From an uncultured delta proteobacterium (GTDB taxonomy: Bacteria; Desulfobacterota; Binatia; Binatales; Binataceae): DNA of 64,000 nucleotides. The DNA lies in contig CAWJET010000001.1 of assembly GCA_963842085.1 (NCBI GenBank), positions 1,216,001 to 1,280,000 of the forward strand. Direction: 5' to 3'. The notes beneath the pieces were generated by a model. That model worked only from the letters and a program-made list of their open reading frames with translations, was not told the origin of the DNA and searched no databases. The position numbers and the translations under genes were made by a program. Of this stretch, positions 36,957 to 46,276 are shown piece by piece. Numbering within the stretch: position 1 is the first letter of the stretch; each line of letters begins with the position of its first letter.

Positions 36957-39689
36957 ATGCTGGTAATGTCGAAAGGCGCGCTCAGTGTCGGCCAGGCCGA
37001 GACCTACTATCAGGAGAAGTACTCCGAGGATGATTACTATACCGAGTCGCACCGCGTCACCGGCGAATGGTACGGAGGAGGGGCCGAAACTCTCGGGCTG
37101 AGCGGCGCAGTCAGCGAGGAGGATTTTCGGACCGTGCTGCGGGGAATGAGACCCGGTACGAGCGCGGTCCTCGTCAGCGCCGCCGCCGGCCGGGACGAGC
37201 GCCGCGCAGGCTGGGATGCGACCTTCAATGCGCCCAAGTCAGTCAGCATCCAGGCGCTGGTTGGCGAAGATTCGCGCCTGCTAGAGGCGCACCGGCGTGC
37301 GGTCGAGCGCGCGCTTTCGGAACTTGAAAAGTTCGCCCAGGCGCGTCAACACCGGGGACAGGAGTGGGTTACCAGCGCCAACATCGTGGCCGCCCGCTTC
37401 GACCACATTGCCGCGCGGCCATCGGAGACCGGTGCTAAAGACGGCTACGGCCCCGACCCTCACCTCCACACCCACGTCGTAATCGCCAACATGACGCTTA
37501 GGCCGGACGGCATGTGGCGGAGTCTCGACCCGGTTGAGATCTATCGCAGCCAGAGCTTCGCGACCGCGGTTTACCGCTCGGAACTTGGCCGCGAGGTCCA
37601 AGCGCTTGGGTATCGAATCAGCGTGACTGCGGCCGACGGGCGCTGGGAGCTGCAGGGATACACGCGCGAACAGGTAATGGCGTTTTCGCGCAGACGCCAG
37701 GACATTGAAGCACTTCTGAATCGCCAAAACTCGACCGGAGCGGCAGCGGCGCAGATCGCCGCCCATCAGAGCCGGCTTGCCAAAGAAAAGCGCAACGAAA
37801 ACGAGCTTCGCGCGGAATGGAAGGCGCGCGCTCATGACAATCAAATCGCGGTCGCCGAGATTTCGGAACTCGCGCTCGCACGCGGCCCCTCGCGGGCGGT
37901 TTCTCCGGTGGCGATCGAGGAAGCGCTCAGCTTCAGCGTAGCTCACAACACCGAACGCGAGGCCGTTACTGACCGGCGGGCTCTGGAACGCACCGCTCTT
38001 CAGTACGCGATGGGAATCGCCGATCTCGAGGGCGTGCGGCGCGAGACCGGCATTCGGGAATCACGTGGCGATCTAATCGCCCTCGCTGTCTCCCCTTCGT
38101 TCCCGGGAGTCGTCTACACCACACCCGAGATGGTGGCGCTGGAGCGCGAGAATCTCGAACTTATGCGCCTCGGCAGAGGGCGCGCCCAGGCGATCACTAC
38201 CGAACAGCACGCGCGCAGTTGGGCGTCGGGGCGCTCGATATCCGCCGAACAGGCACAGGCCGCGGCGCTGACACTGACTGCTACCGATTGGCTTACCTCG
38301 ATCGAGGGGCGCGCAGGCGCAGCGAAGACGACTACGGTTGGAGCGCTCAACGACTTCGCTGAGAACGCTGGCTACGCGGTGCGCGGTTTCGCTCCGACCA
38401 CGCGCGCGGTCAAGGCGTTGTCCGAAGCGGGCATCGAGTCGAGGACCGTGGCAAGTCTGCTCGCAAGCCCGCTTCCTGATCGGGCACCCAAAGAGGTGTG
38501 GATCATCGATGAGTCGAGCTTGCTCGGTACTCACCAGATGAACGCCCTGCTGCACAAGGCGCGAGAGGCCGGGGCCGGTCGGGTCGTCTTCGTCGGCGAT
38601 CAGCGCCAGCATCACGCCATCGAGGCCGGCCGGCCCATCCAACAGATGCAGCAGGCGGGCATGTCCGTCGCGCGATTGGAGACCATCCGTCGCCAAGTCG
38701 ATCCCGGATTGCGTGAAGCGGTCACGCTCGCTTCGCGCGGAGAAATCGGACACGCGATCGCACTACTCGAGCAGCAGGGCCGCATCCGCGAGATTGTCGA
38801 TCCGAATGAGCGCCACGCAGCGATTGCGCGCGAATATCTTGCCGCGCACGAAGGAGCTGAAAAGGTTCTCGTCGTCAGCCCGGCCAACGACGAGCGCCGC
38901 CAGTTGAACGCCGCAATTCGCGCGGCCCTCAAGGACCGCGGGCACATCGGCTCCGACGGACGAGAACAGATCGTGCTCGTCAACCGCGATCTGACCCGAC
39001 CCCAGCGCAAACGCGTCCAGAGTTACGAGGTCGGCGACGTGCTCCGATTCCGCCGCGGAAGTGCGCGCCTGAGTATCGAGCGCGGAAGTTACGCCGGGAT
39101 CGAAGCAATCGATCCGGAACGGAACCAAATGGTGGTACGAGATGAAAGAGGAAAGGCTGTCACCTACGATCCCTCGCGCCTGTCCGGAGTCGAGGTCTTC
39201 CATCAAGAGCGGCGCGTATTCGGCATGGGCGACCGGATTCAATTCCGCGCGCCGGATCGTGCGCTCGGTGTCGCCAATGGAGAGTTTGCGGCAATCATTG
39301 CCATAGACGATCGCAAAGCACGTCTGCAGATCGACAACGGGCGCGAGATCAGCGCGGCCATCGCTCGTCTCAAGCACATCGACTACGGCTACGCGTCGAC
39401 TTCTCATTCAAGCCAGGGCGCCACGGTTGATCGTGTGATCGCAAATATCGATACGCTCCGCTCGGCTGAGCTTGTTAACCGCAAACAGTTCTATGTCTCG
39501 ATCAGCCGGGCACGCCTCGCAGCGACGATCTACACCGACGACCGTTCGGCCCTACAGCACGCGGTCAGCCGCACTCGCGAAAAGTCGATTGCCTTGGAGC
39601 GTCTCCATCTAAACGCGGGACGAGAAGTCACGATGGTTCCGGAACCACGCCGCCAGACCATCACGCCCAGCTACGGAATCCGCAGGTGA
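36957..39689 (+). CDS. MOBF (TrwC/TraI) relaxase-helicase
   Basis: TYY..DDYY, WDATFNAPKSVS, PDPHLHTH, GRAGAAKTT, IIDESS, VGDQRQH, YGYASTSHSSQGATVD. Confidence 0.95.
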   Translation: MLVMSKGALSVGQAETYYQEKYSEDDYYTESHRVTGEWYGGGAETLGLSGAVSEEDFRTVLRGMRPGTSAVLVSAAAGRDERRAGWDATFNAPKSVSIQALVGEDSRLLEAHRRAVERALSELEKFAQARQHRGQEWVTSANIVAARFDHIAARPSETGAKDGYGPDPHLHTHVVIANMTLRPDGMWRSLDPVEIYRSQSFATAVYRSELGREVQALGYRISVTAADGRWELQGYTREQVMAFSRRRQDIEALLNRQNSTGAAAAQIAAHQSRLAKEKRNENELRAEWKARAHDNQIAVAEISELALARGPSRAVSPVAIEEALSFSVAHNTEREAVTDRRALERTALQYAMGIADLEGVRRETGIRESRGDLIALAVSPSFPGVVYTTPEMVALERENLELMRLGRGRAQAITTEQHARSWASGRSISAEQAQAAALTLTATDWLTSIEGRAGAAKTTTVGALNDFAENAGYAVRGFAPTTRAVKALSEAGIESRTVASLLASPLPDRAPKEVWIIDESSLLGTHQMNALLHKAREAGAGRVVFVGDQRQHHAIEAGRPIQQMQQAGMSVARLETIRRQVDPGLREAVTLASRGEIGHAIALLEQQGRIREIVDPNERHAAIAREYLAAHEGAEKVLVVSPANDERRQLNAAIRAALKDRGHIGSDGREQIVLVNRDLTRPQRKRVQSYEVGDVLRFRRGSARLSIERGSYAGIEAIDPERNQMVVRDERGKAVTYDPSRLSGVEVFHQERRVFGMGDRIQFRAPDRALGVANGEFAAIIAIDDRKARLQIDNGREISAAIARLKHIDYGYASTSHSSQGATVDRVIANIDTLRSAELVNRKQFYVSISRARLAATIYTDDRSALQHAVSRTREKSIALERLHLNAGREVTMVPEPRRQTITPSYGIRR

Positions 39690-40086
39690 CCGATTCATGC
39701 CGAGCGTTGCTGTCGAATCGTTCCGTCCATCGTCGCTGCGCTATGAGCGCGGGCACTCGGGCTCCGCAAGCTTCGCCGCTCGGCCACGCGGCGCACGGCG
39801 CCGCTCGCGCTCCGCTTCGCGCCGCTGCGAAGGTAGCGCTTGCTGCGCTTGCAAACGCGCCACCGGCGCTGTCGCGCCGGACGCTGCGCTCGTCACGGTT
39901 GCAGCGCTCCACTGCGCGCATCTCAGAATCCAGCGCCGCCCTCCAGACTCGGTTGAGAGGGCGGCGCCTTCAAAATGCTGCGCACTCACTCAGGCATCGG
40001 CACGCCCTGGCCCTTCGGGCACGCGGGCGGAGACAATTCAGATTGGAGCCCTCGGGCTTCGTAACAATGGCGGCTTAAATCTGCTC

Positions 40087-40119
40087 TTGACTTAAACTTC
40101 GTAATTAGCTAGATAGCTA
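40087..40119 (+). promoter_or_regulatory. xis-int promoter overlapped by a GCTAGATAGC operator
   Basis: TTGACT 40087-40092; palindrome TAGCTAGATAGCTA 40106-40119. Confidence 0.65.
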
Positions 40120-40181
40120 GTTATGCTGTAAAGGGAATTTCATTCGAGTCTGGACTGACAGCGCCAGCCAATTTTTGTTCG

Positions 40182-40472
40182 ATGGCTGCGAACCACAAAT
40201 TTGAACGCGAAAGCGAAGGAGCAGCGGCACGGCAAGTGGCGCTATCGGCTGTACTGCGCGCGACCGCTGGGGATGCCAAAGTCCTCGAACTCTATCAGCT
40301 TCTCACCGCAGAACAGGCGGCCCGCTTTCTCGGCCTGGCTGAGCCGACCCTTCGCGACATGACTTATCGACACGAGTTGCCTCACGTAAAGGTTGGCAAG
40401 AGAGGCGTCCGTTATCGCGTTATTGATTTGATTGGCTGGAGCGACCGGCGGAGTGTTGCAGCTGCATCTTGA
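40182..40472 (+). CDS. Excisionase-like HTH protein
   Basis: LLTAEQAARFLGLAEPTLRD..LPHVKVGKRGVRYR; directly upstream of the integrase. Confidence 0.8.
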   Translation: MAANHKFERESEGAAARQVALSAVLRATAGDAKVLELYQLLTAEQAARFLGLAEPTLRDMTYRHELPHVKVGKRGVRYRVIDLIGWSDRRSVAAAS

Positions 40473-40570
40473 GCGAGTGATCACGAAATAGCGAAACCGT
40501 GCTGACCAGGCCTTTTGTAACAGGAAACACGCCTGCTACCGGCTGACCGGCGGAGGAGGAGGCGACGAAG

Positions 40571-41659
40571 ATGGCACGAGTGGGTAGCAGGGATCGCGGC
40601 CTTTTTGAGCGGCCGACGGGTTCCGGATCTTGGTGGATTAGGTATCACGATGTGAACGGAACAGAGCGGCGGGAGAAGGCCGGCCCGAAAGGACTTGCGC
40701 GCAAGCTTTACGAGAAGCGAAAGACTGAAATCCGTGAAGGCCGCTACTTTCCACCCGAACGCCGAAAACCGGTGATGTTTGCCGATATCCTCCAAAGCTA
40801 CCAGCGCGCCGCAGAAGCGGAAGGCCGGTCTGAGGGATGGGGTCCAGAACGTTACCGCCGCTTGCGCGAGAGGTTCGGCGGCCAACCTGCAGCCTCAATT
40901 ACTCCAGCAGCGGTCGAGGCTTTCCGTGATGAATTGTCGCGCGACCACGCGCCTGCAACCGTCAACCGCCACCTCCAACTCTTGCGCGCCATTTTTCTCC
41001 GAGCGCTCCGCGACGGCAAAGTCGAATCAGCTCCAACTGGCAAGGTCAGATTCTATCGCGAGAACAACAAGCGCGTGCGCTATCTGAGCGATGAGGAGGA
41101 ACTCCGGCTCTTCGATGCGTTGCCGAATTGGTTACGTCCCCTCGTTACCATCGCGCTCCACACGGGTATGCGCAGAGGAGAGCTGCTCAATCTCAATTGG
41201 GCCGACGTTGATTTCACCAGCGGAACTATCACGGTCCGCGAACCGAAGTCAGGAGAAAACGAGCACGTCGTGATGAACGATACCGCGAGCCAGACGCTTC
41301 GAGCTCTATGGGAGAAGCGATCAAAAGTCGTCGCGATCAAGCCTCGGGGACAAGACAATTCGGGCGGTTACGTTTTCACCGCACCTGAAGGCGGTTACAT
41401 TCACACTCTCAACCGATACTGGTACCCAGCGCTAGGACGCGCCCAGATCGAATCCTTCCGCTTCCACGACCTGCGACACACCTTCGCGTCGCGCGCTGCT
41501 ATGAGCGGCGTCGATCTGTATACTCTACAAGGTCTCATGAGGCACCGAAGTCCACAGATGACGCAACGCTATGCGCACCTAAGCGTGGCGCATCAGCGAG
41601 AGGCCGTTCGGACGCTTGACCGCTGGCAGCAGCGACAAAATGCGGCGTCGCAGAGTTGA
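40571..41659 (+). CDS. Tyrosine recombinase / phage-type integrase
   Basis: HTGMRRGELLNL, FRFHDLRHTFAS, MRHRSPQMTQRYAH. Confidence 0.95.
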   Translation: MARVGSRDRGLFERPTGSGSWWIRYHDVNGTERREKAGPKGLARKLYEKRKTEIREGRYFPPERRKPVMFADILQSYQRAAEAEGRSEGWGPERYRRLRERFGGQPAASITPAAVEAFRDELSRDHAPATVNRHLQLLRAIFLRALRDGKVESAPTGKVRFYRENNKRVRYLSDEEELRLFDALPNWLRPLVTIALHTGMRRGELLNLNWADVDFTSGTITVREPKSGENEHVVMNDTASQTLRALWEKRSKVVAIKPRGQDNSGGYVFTAPEGGYIHTLNRYWYPALGRAQIESFRFHDLRHTFASRAAMSGVDLYTLQGLMRHRSPQMTQRYAHLSVAHQREAVRTLDRWQQRQNAASQS

Positions 41660-41663
41660 GGAT

Positions 41664-41687
41664 TGGTGCCGGTTCTGGTGCCGGTTC
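41664..41687 (+). repeat. 12-bp tandem direct repeat, probable integrase arm sites
   Basis: TGGTGCCGGTTC x2 between the integrase stop and the att core. Confidence 0.6.
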
Positions 41688-41781
41688 GCCAACGAATTTC
41701 GACGGAATCCAACGAGTTCAGACGATGAAAAGTCTTTGTATTTCTTGGATTCTTGAGTAGCAGTATCGGCGTCGGCGCGTT

Positions 41782-41823
41782 CTCATAACCCGGAGGTCGA
41801 AGGTTCAAATCCTTCCCCCGCAA
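41782..41823 (+). other. att site: 3' half of tRNA-fMet(CAT), not an intact tRNA
   Basis: CTCATAACCCGGAGGTCGAAGGTTCAAATCCTTCCCCCGCAA; no D-arm or 5' acceptor strand upstream. Confidence 0.85.
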
Positions 41824-42023
41824 ATAATCCCTATTTTTGGGCACGATTCCGCAATCGAGCTCAGGGCTTTGAACCACACTCCTGAGCAGAGAATTTTGCA
41901 AGTCAGCGGGAAAGGCCTGTCAAAATCTTGATTTTTGGTAGCAAGCGGGCACGCTAGACTCGCCCCCTTGGGTCAAATTGGAGGGGTTCGAGGTCGACAG
42001 TCTGCCGAACAGACTTTTAGCGT

Positions 42024-43730
42024 TTAGCCGGGAATCGAGGGCTCGAGCCCCTGCCCCGCAACCATCAAACCAAACACCTTGCCTGTGAAGAGCAGACCGC
42101 CTGCGGTTGGCTTGATGGTCAAACGGGTGCACCTGTTGAAGCCAAGCCGAGGGAATTTGCGGTAGCTCTCTTCAAGTCCAAGACCGTGCTTCTCGAGATG
42201 CTGCGGGGTGAGTTTCTTCAACGCCTTCTTGCATATCGGGCACGAAATTTCCCGTTCACCGACGTCGGCGATCGTTATGCACTCCAGGGTTTGCTGCAAA
42301 AACTCCCGACCCAAATCGACGTGCGCGCACAGCGTCTCCGGCAAACGCGAGATGAAGTCCTCGACAACCGTGCGATCGTATCGAACCTCATTGACAGGCG
42401 ACCGAGGATCCGAACGAGCCCCCTTCTCCAGCGATTGAACCTGGTCCCAGATCTGTTGATATGAAAGCAGCGCCTCTTCCAGCGCACGGCCACCTAGCGC
42501 ACCGCTCTTGACGGCGTCCATTATTGCATCGGCCTGAGCCCTCATTTTCTTGAGCTGTAGATGCGTGTCACCATTAGCATTGCGTTGAACGATCTGCGTC
42601 GCCGCCTTGACCAGATCATCGACGAAGCAGGTCAGACGGGACGCGAGTTCGGACAAAATAACATGTTCAAGTGAGATGCGATGGATGCGGATCGGGTTCG
42701 AGCAAATCCCTGACTCGGCGTGGCTGCGACACCCGTAATGATTTTTGCCAACAACACTGAGGCACGCTTCGCATGTCTCACAAAACAGGAGGCCCGAAAG
42801 CAGATGCGCAGTCCGGGAACGTCCATGTGCGAACAGACGTCTTCGGGTGCGCAGGCGGTGCTGGACCGCTGCCCAGAGGTCGTCGTCAATGATACGGAGA
42901 TCCTCGGATTGCCTGACCTCCCATTGCTCAGGCGGCCGCCAGCGATAAGCGCGACGTCCGGTCGAGGGATTCTTAAGCCACTCCCTGCGATTGAAGACGA
43001 AGTGCCCAATGTACTTTTGATTTTGAAGTATCAGGAAAACCGTGTTGGGCCGCCACGATCGCCCGTTCTTCTCAGCATTCAGGCGCTTCGCTACGGCCTT
43101 TTCGCCGTTACCTTCTCGGAACTCCTGAAAGATGCGCCGAACAACCACCGCTTCAGCAGGATTTATCTTGATCCTGTAGCCGACCGGTTCCGATCTTCCG
43201 TGAGATCCTCCGGCCTCTGATGCACTCAGGCCGTGCACCGGCTCAGAAATGAATCCGTAGGTTCGGCCGCCGGTTGCGTAACCTTTTAGGAACTGACCGT
43301 CTAAACCGCGTTTCGTCGCTTTTCTGAGATCATCGAGATAGAGCTCGTTGACCAGGGATTTCACCGTCACGCTGATCTTGGTTGTATCGTCCGCTGTGTT
43401 GATGTTGTCGGCGACGGCGATGACGCTGATTCCGATGAATCGCAAGCGCTTGATAATCGCATCGGTATCACCAATGTCGCGCGAGAGCCTCGAGAGCTGA
43501 TCGACAACGATGGCATCAAACGGGCGCGGCTCAGCAGCTGCCGCGTCGAGTGCTCTTTGCAGCCCCAACAGCAACTTAAGGCTAGCGCCGGACGTGGCCT
43601 CGTCTGAGAACTCTGAAATGATCTTATGCCCGCGTTGATACGACCATCTCTGCACGATGCGCAGTTGGTCGGCGATCGACGTTTCCCGTTGATTGTCGGA
43701 ACTGAAGCGACCGTAAAACGCGAGTCTCAC
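42024..43730 (-). CDS. Large serine recombinase with an extra C-terminal CxxC...H...H finger
   Basis: YGRFSSDNQ, DEATSG, DQLSRLSRD, GGRTYG, LLSGLLFCETC..YGC; CPICKKALKKLTPQHLEKHGL. Confidence 0.9.
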   Translation of the reverse strand: MRLAFYGRFSSDNQRETSIADQLRIVQRWSYQRGHKIISEFSDEATSGASLKLLLGLQRALDAAAAEPRPFDAIVVDQLSRLSRDIGDTDAIIKRLRFIGISVIAVADNINTADDTTKISVTVKSLVNELYLDDLRKATKRGLDGQFLKGYATGGRTYGFISEPVHGLSASEAGGSHGRSEPVGYRIKINPAEAVVVRRIFQEFREGNGEKAVAKRLNAEKNGRSWRPNTVFLILQNQKYIGHFVFNRREWLKNPSTGRRAYRWRPPEQWEVRQSEDLRIIDDDLWAAVQHRLRTRRRLFAHGRSRTAHLLSGLLFCETCEACLSVVGKNHYGCRSHAESGICSNPIRIHRISLEHVILSELASRLTCFVDDLVKAATQIVQRNANGDTHLQLKKMRAQADAIMDAVKSGALGGRALEEALLSYQQIWDQVQSLEKGARSDPRSPVNEVRYDRTVVEDFISRLPETLCAHVDLGREFLQQTLECITIADVGEREISCPICKKALKKLTPQHLEKHGLGLEESYRKFPRLGFNRCTRLTIKPTAGGLLFTGKVFGLMVAGQGLEPSIPG

Positions 43731-43915
43731 GAAGGTTCAACCGGATCGCGAAGCAAGACGGTACAGATTCGATGTGATTTTCCGCTGTTCTCGACAATTC
43801 TGAAGCGGCTCGGATTGGTCTCGACGTACTTGCGAAAGCATCGGATCAGGGTATCTAACGTAGGGCGCAGACGATTCAAACTTTGCCGACGGTTGTACTT
43901 GTGCTTGCTTGGCAT
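43727..43915 (-). CDS. Small basic ORF translationally coupled to the serine recombinase
   Basis: 62 aa; its TGA overlaps the recombinase GTG (GTGA). Confidence 0.4.
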   Translation of the reverse strand: MPSKHKYNRRQSLNRLRPTLDTLIRCFRKYVETNPSRFRIVENSGKSHRICTVLLRDPVEPS

Positions 43916-43946
43916 GATTTATCTTTCAAGAATTCATTGGATATCA

Positions 43947-43967
43947 AATATCCTAAATTGGGATATT
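43947..43967. promoter_or_regulatory. Inverted repeat in an AT-rich divergent promoter (candidate XRE operator)
   Basis: AATATCC-TAAATTG-GGATATT. Confidence 0.55.
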
Positions 43968-44018
43968 CCAAATTCGAATGTATCATCCAGAACAAGACTT
44001 GGGAAGAGGCAGTAGGCA

Positions 44019-44240
44019 ATGGGGCGGAGTCTGCATTCCGAGAGATACAAGCACCTGCTCGCGCGCTTGCGAGAAGCTCGACGTCAAGTGGAGCTCACCC
44101 AGGTCGAGGTCGCACGCCGGCTGCGGCGTCCTCAATCGTACGTCTCAAAGTGTGAATCCGGAGAAAGACGGATTGACGTGATCGAGTTGGCCGAATTCGC
44201 GAATCTGTACGGAAAAAGCATTGAGTTTTTTGTCCGGTAA
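44019..44240 (+). CDS. XRE-family HTH regulator
   Basis: LREARRQVELTQVEVARRLRRPQSYVSKCESGERRIDVIEL. Confidence 0.9.
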   Translation: MGRSLHSERYKHLLARLREARRQVELTQVEVARRLRRPQSYVSKCESGERRIDVIELAEFANLYGKSIEFFVR

Positions 44241-44340
44241 GAGCGACGACTCGCTTTGCTCTCTGCAGCTCTTTTGGTTGTTTGACGGTCGGATACTGCG
44301 CACAAACCGCAGGCCGAATTTCCCCCATAGAAGCCATTGC

Positions 44341-44374
44341 GGTACCGGGGGTTCGAATCCGCCCCTCTCCGCCA
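44341..44374 (+). other. tRNA-Ser-like 3' fragment (att-like)
   Basis: GGTACCGGGGGTTCGAATCCGCCCCTCTCCGCCA; no 5' half upstream. Confidence 0.7.
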
Positions 44375-44590
44375 GACAGTCTGTAGTGCTTCCCTATAAT
44401 CTGGAGTGAGCGGAAAATCCCCGCGTGAGGCGGCGCTTGTGCGCTTGATGCGAACCGGAGAGCGCGAGACCTGCACCCGCTTCGGCGAATTTCCCGGGTT
44501 TGTCTCCAGGCGCAGAAAAGCCGGTTCGCTTCACGCTTCGAGCGAAATTCGCTCATCCATCGCCTTTCTGAAATGGGGCCGGTCGTGGCT

Positions 44591-46276
44591 CTAGTCGATT
44601 CCGATCGCCTTCAACTGCGCCGGCCATTCGAGCGGCAGATCGATCCGGTTGAGCAAAGTTTCGGTACTGAGCTCAGTTGGCTGTCGTCCTTGGCAGATTG
44701 CCTCGACGATGCCGGGTGCTGTGAATGCCAGGCGAGAGAGACGCTCGACGTAACGCACAGCGATGCGCTCGCGTCGCGCGATCTCCGCTAACGAGCGCAC
44801 GCCGCCCGAGGCCAACTCTTCAAACCACCCCCTCGAACGCGCCACCGCCTTGAGCAGTGCGGGATCTACCTTCCGTGGCAGATCGTCACCGGCCGCGATG
44901 ATAATGCGTGTCTCCACCCCGCGTCGTTTCATTCTGAGCGGGACGAAGCGAGATAAGTTGAGGTTGCTGCTGGTCCGCAGGCCTGCACGCGAGCACTGGA
45001 CTTCGATTCGGAGTGTCACCGTTATGCCGTCATCGTGCATTTCGACTTTGCTCACGATCTCGACAAGGGCCGCTGCGGCATCGGCCTCATTCTGCAGCCT
45101 CCGCGAGAAATTCGACGCCGATTCGAGAGTGGCTCTGAGATCGGGCGAATCGATGCCTGACTTCTCAAGCTCCTCCAGCAGTCCCGCCCGATCGCTCAGG
45201 ATGTGTCGCGCGGCGATCGCTACCGCGCGCTCAAGCTCGGGCGCCGAGAGTCGCCACCGTTTTCCGTTGTCTCTCGCCGAGCCACCAACCAGGCACTTCG
45301 AGACGTAGTAGCGGTAGCGCCGCGTGCCCTTGGTCGCTCCCTGTACGTACAACGGCTGACCATCGGCGTCGAAGAGCTTTCCGGCAAGGGGACTACTAAT
45401 CGATCTGTTTGATGTACCGCGACCGCGTGCGGCGTTCTCATTGAGCCGCTGCTGCACTCTCTCCCAGAGTTCCTTCGACAGAATCGCTTCGTGCAGCCCC
45501 GGATGGCGTTCCTGCTTGTGCCGGATTTCACCTATGTAAATCGAGTTAGCCAGCAGCTCGTACAATGCTCCACGAGAGAACCGGCACCCTCCCGACTTGA
45601 TGCCGTTGCGAGAGACGCGGACTTTCGACTTTATCCCTCTCTGCTCCAGTTCCTTGCTCAGCTGCCGGACGCACCCCAGTTCTAGGTAGCGCTCATAGAT
45701 GTGCCTGACAGTTTTGGCTTCCGCAGGATTGACGACCAGCCGCCGCTCGCGAATGTCATATCCCAGCGGCGGCACGCCTCCCATCCACATGCCTTTGCGC
45801 TTGGAGGCGGCTATTTTGTCCCGGATGCGCTCGCCCGTTACCTCCCGTTCGAATTGGGCGAAGGAAAGCAGGACATTGAGCGTCAGCCGGCCCATCGAGG
45901 TGGTGGTGTTAAACTGTTGCGTGACGGCGACGAACGACACTCCGTGCGCATCGAACAGTTCGACCATCTTGGCGAAGTCGGCCAGCGAGCGGGTCAGGCG
46001 ATCCACCTTGTAGACCACGACCACATCAACGAGGCCTTCACCGATATCAGCGAGCAGGCGCCTTAGCGCGGGCCGCTCCATGGTGCCGCCCGATAGTCCG
46101 CCATCGTCGTATGCGGTCTTTACAAGTTTCCAGCCCTCGCTTGCCTGGCTCTTGATGAACGCCTCGCACGCTTCGCGCTGGGCGTGCAGAGAGTTGAAGT
46201 TCTGCTCGAGCCCTTCCTCAGAGCTCTTGCGCGTATAGATCGCGCAGCGGCGGGACCGAGGTTTAGATTGCTCCAT
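44591..46276 (-). CDS. Large serine recombinase (DUF2924-associated type)
   Basis: CAIYTRKSSEEGLEQ, YDDGGLSGG, VYKVDRLTRS, FAQFEREVTGERIRDK. Confidence 0.93.
   Translation of the reverse strand: MEQSKPRSRRCAIYTRKSSEEGLEQNFNSLHAQREACEAFIKSQASEGWKLVKTAYDDGGLSGGTMERPALRRLLADIGEGLVDVVVVYKVDRLTRSLADFAKMVELFDAHGVSFVAVTQQFNTTTSMGRLTLNVLLSFAQFEREVTGERIRDKIAASKRKGMWMGGVPPLGYDIRERRLVVNPAEAKTVRHIYERYLELGCVRQLSKELEQRGIKSKVRVSRNGIKSGGCRFSRGALYELLANSIYIGEIRHKQERHPGLHEAILSKELWERVQQRLNENAARGRGTSNRSISSPLAGKLFDADGQPLYVQGATKGTRRYRYYVSKCLVGGSARDNGKRWRLSAPELERAVAIAARHILSDRAGLLEELEKSGIDSPDLRATLESASNFSRRLQNEADAAAALVEIVSKVEMHDDGITVTLRIEVQCSRAGLRTSSNLNLSRFVPLRMKRRGVETRIIIAAGDDLPRKVDPALLKAVARSRGWFEELASGGVRSLAEIARRERIAVRYVERLSRLAFTAPGIVEAICQGRQPTELSTETLLNRIDLPLEWPAQLKAIGID

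Larger units (their letters stand above)
32862..41823 (+). mobile_element. Core of an integrative mobilisable element (repressor/antirepressor, pilin, T4CP, MOBF relaxase, xis, int, att); left end not located
   Basis: Co-oriented gene set ending in a tyrosine integrase and a tRNA-fMet 3' fragment. Confidence 0.85.

Noticed and set aside
41760-41830. Intact tRNA genes here, at 44341 and at 63812
   Set aside because: No 5' acceptor strand or D-arm precedes any of them; they are 3' fragments.
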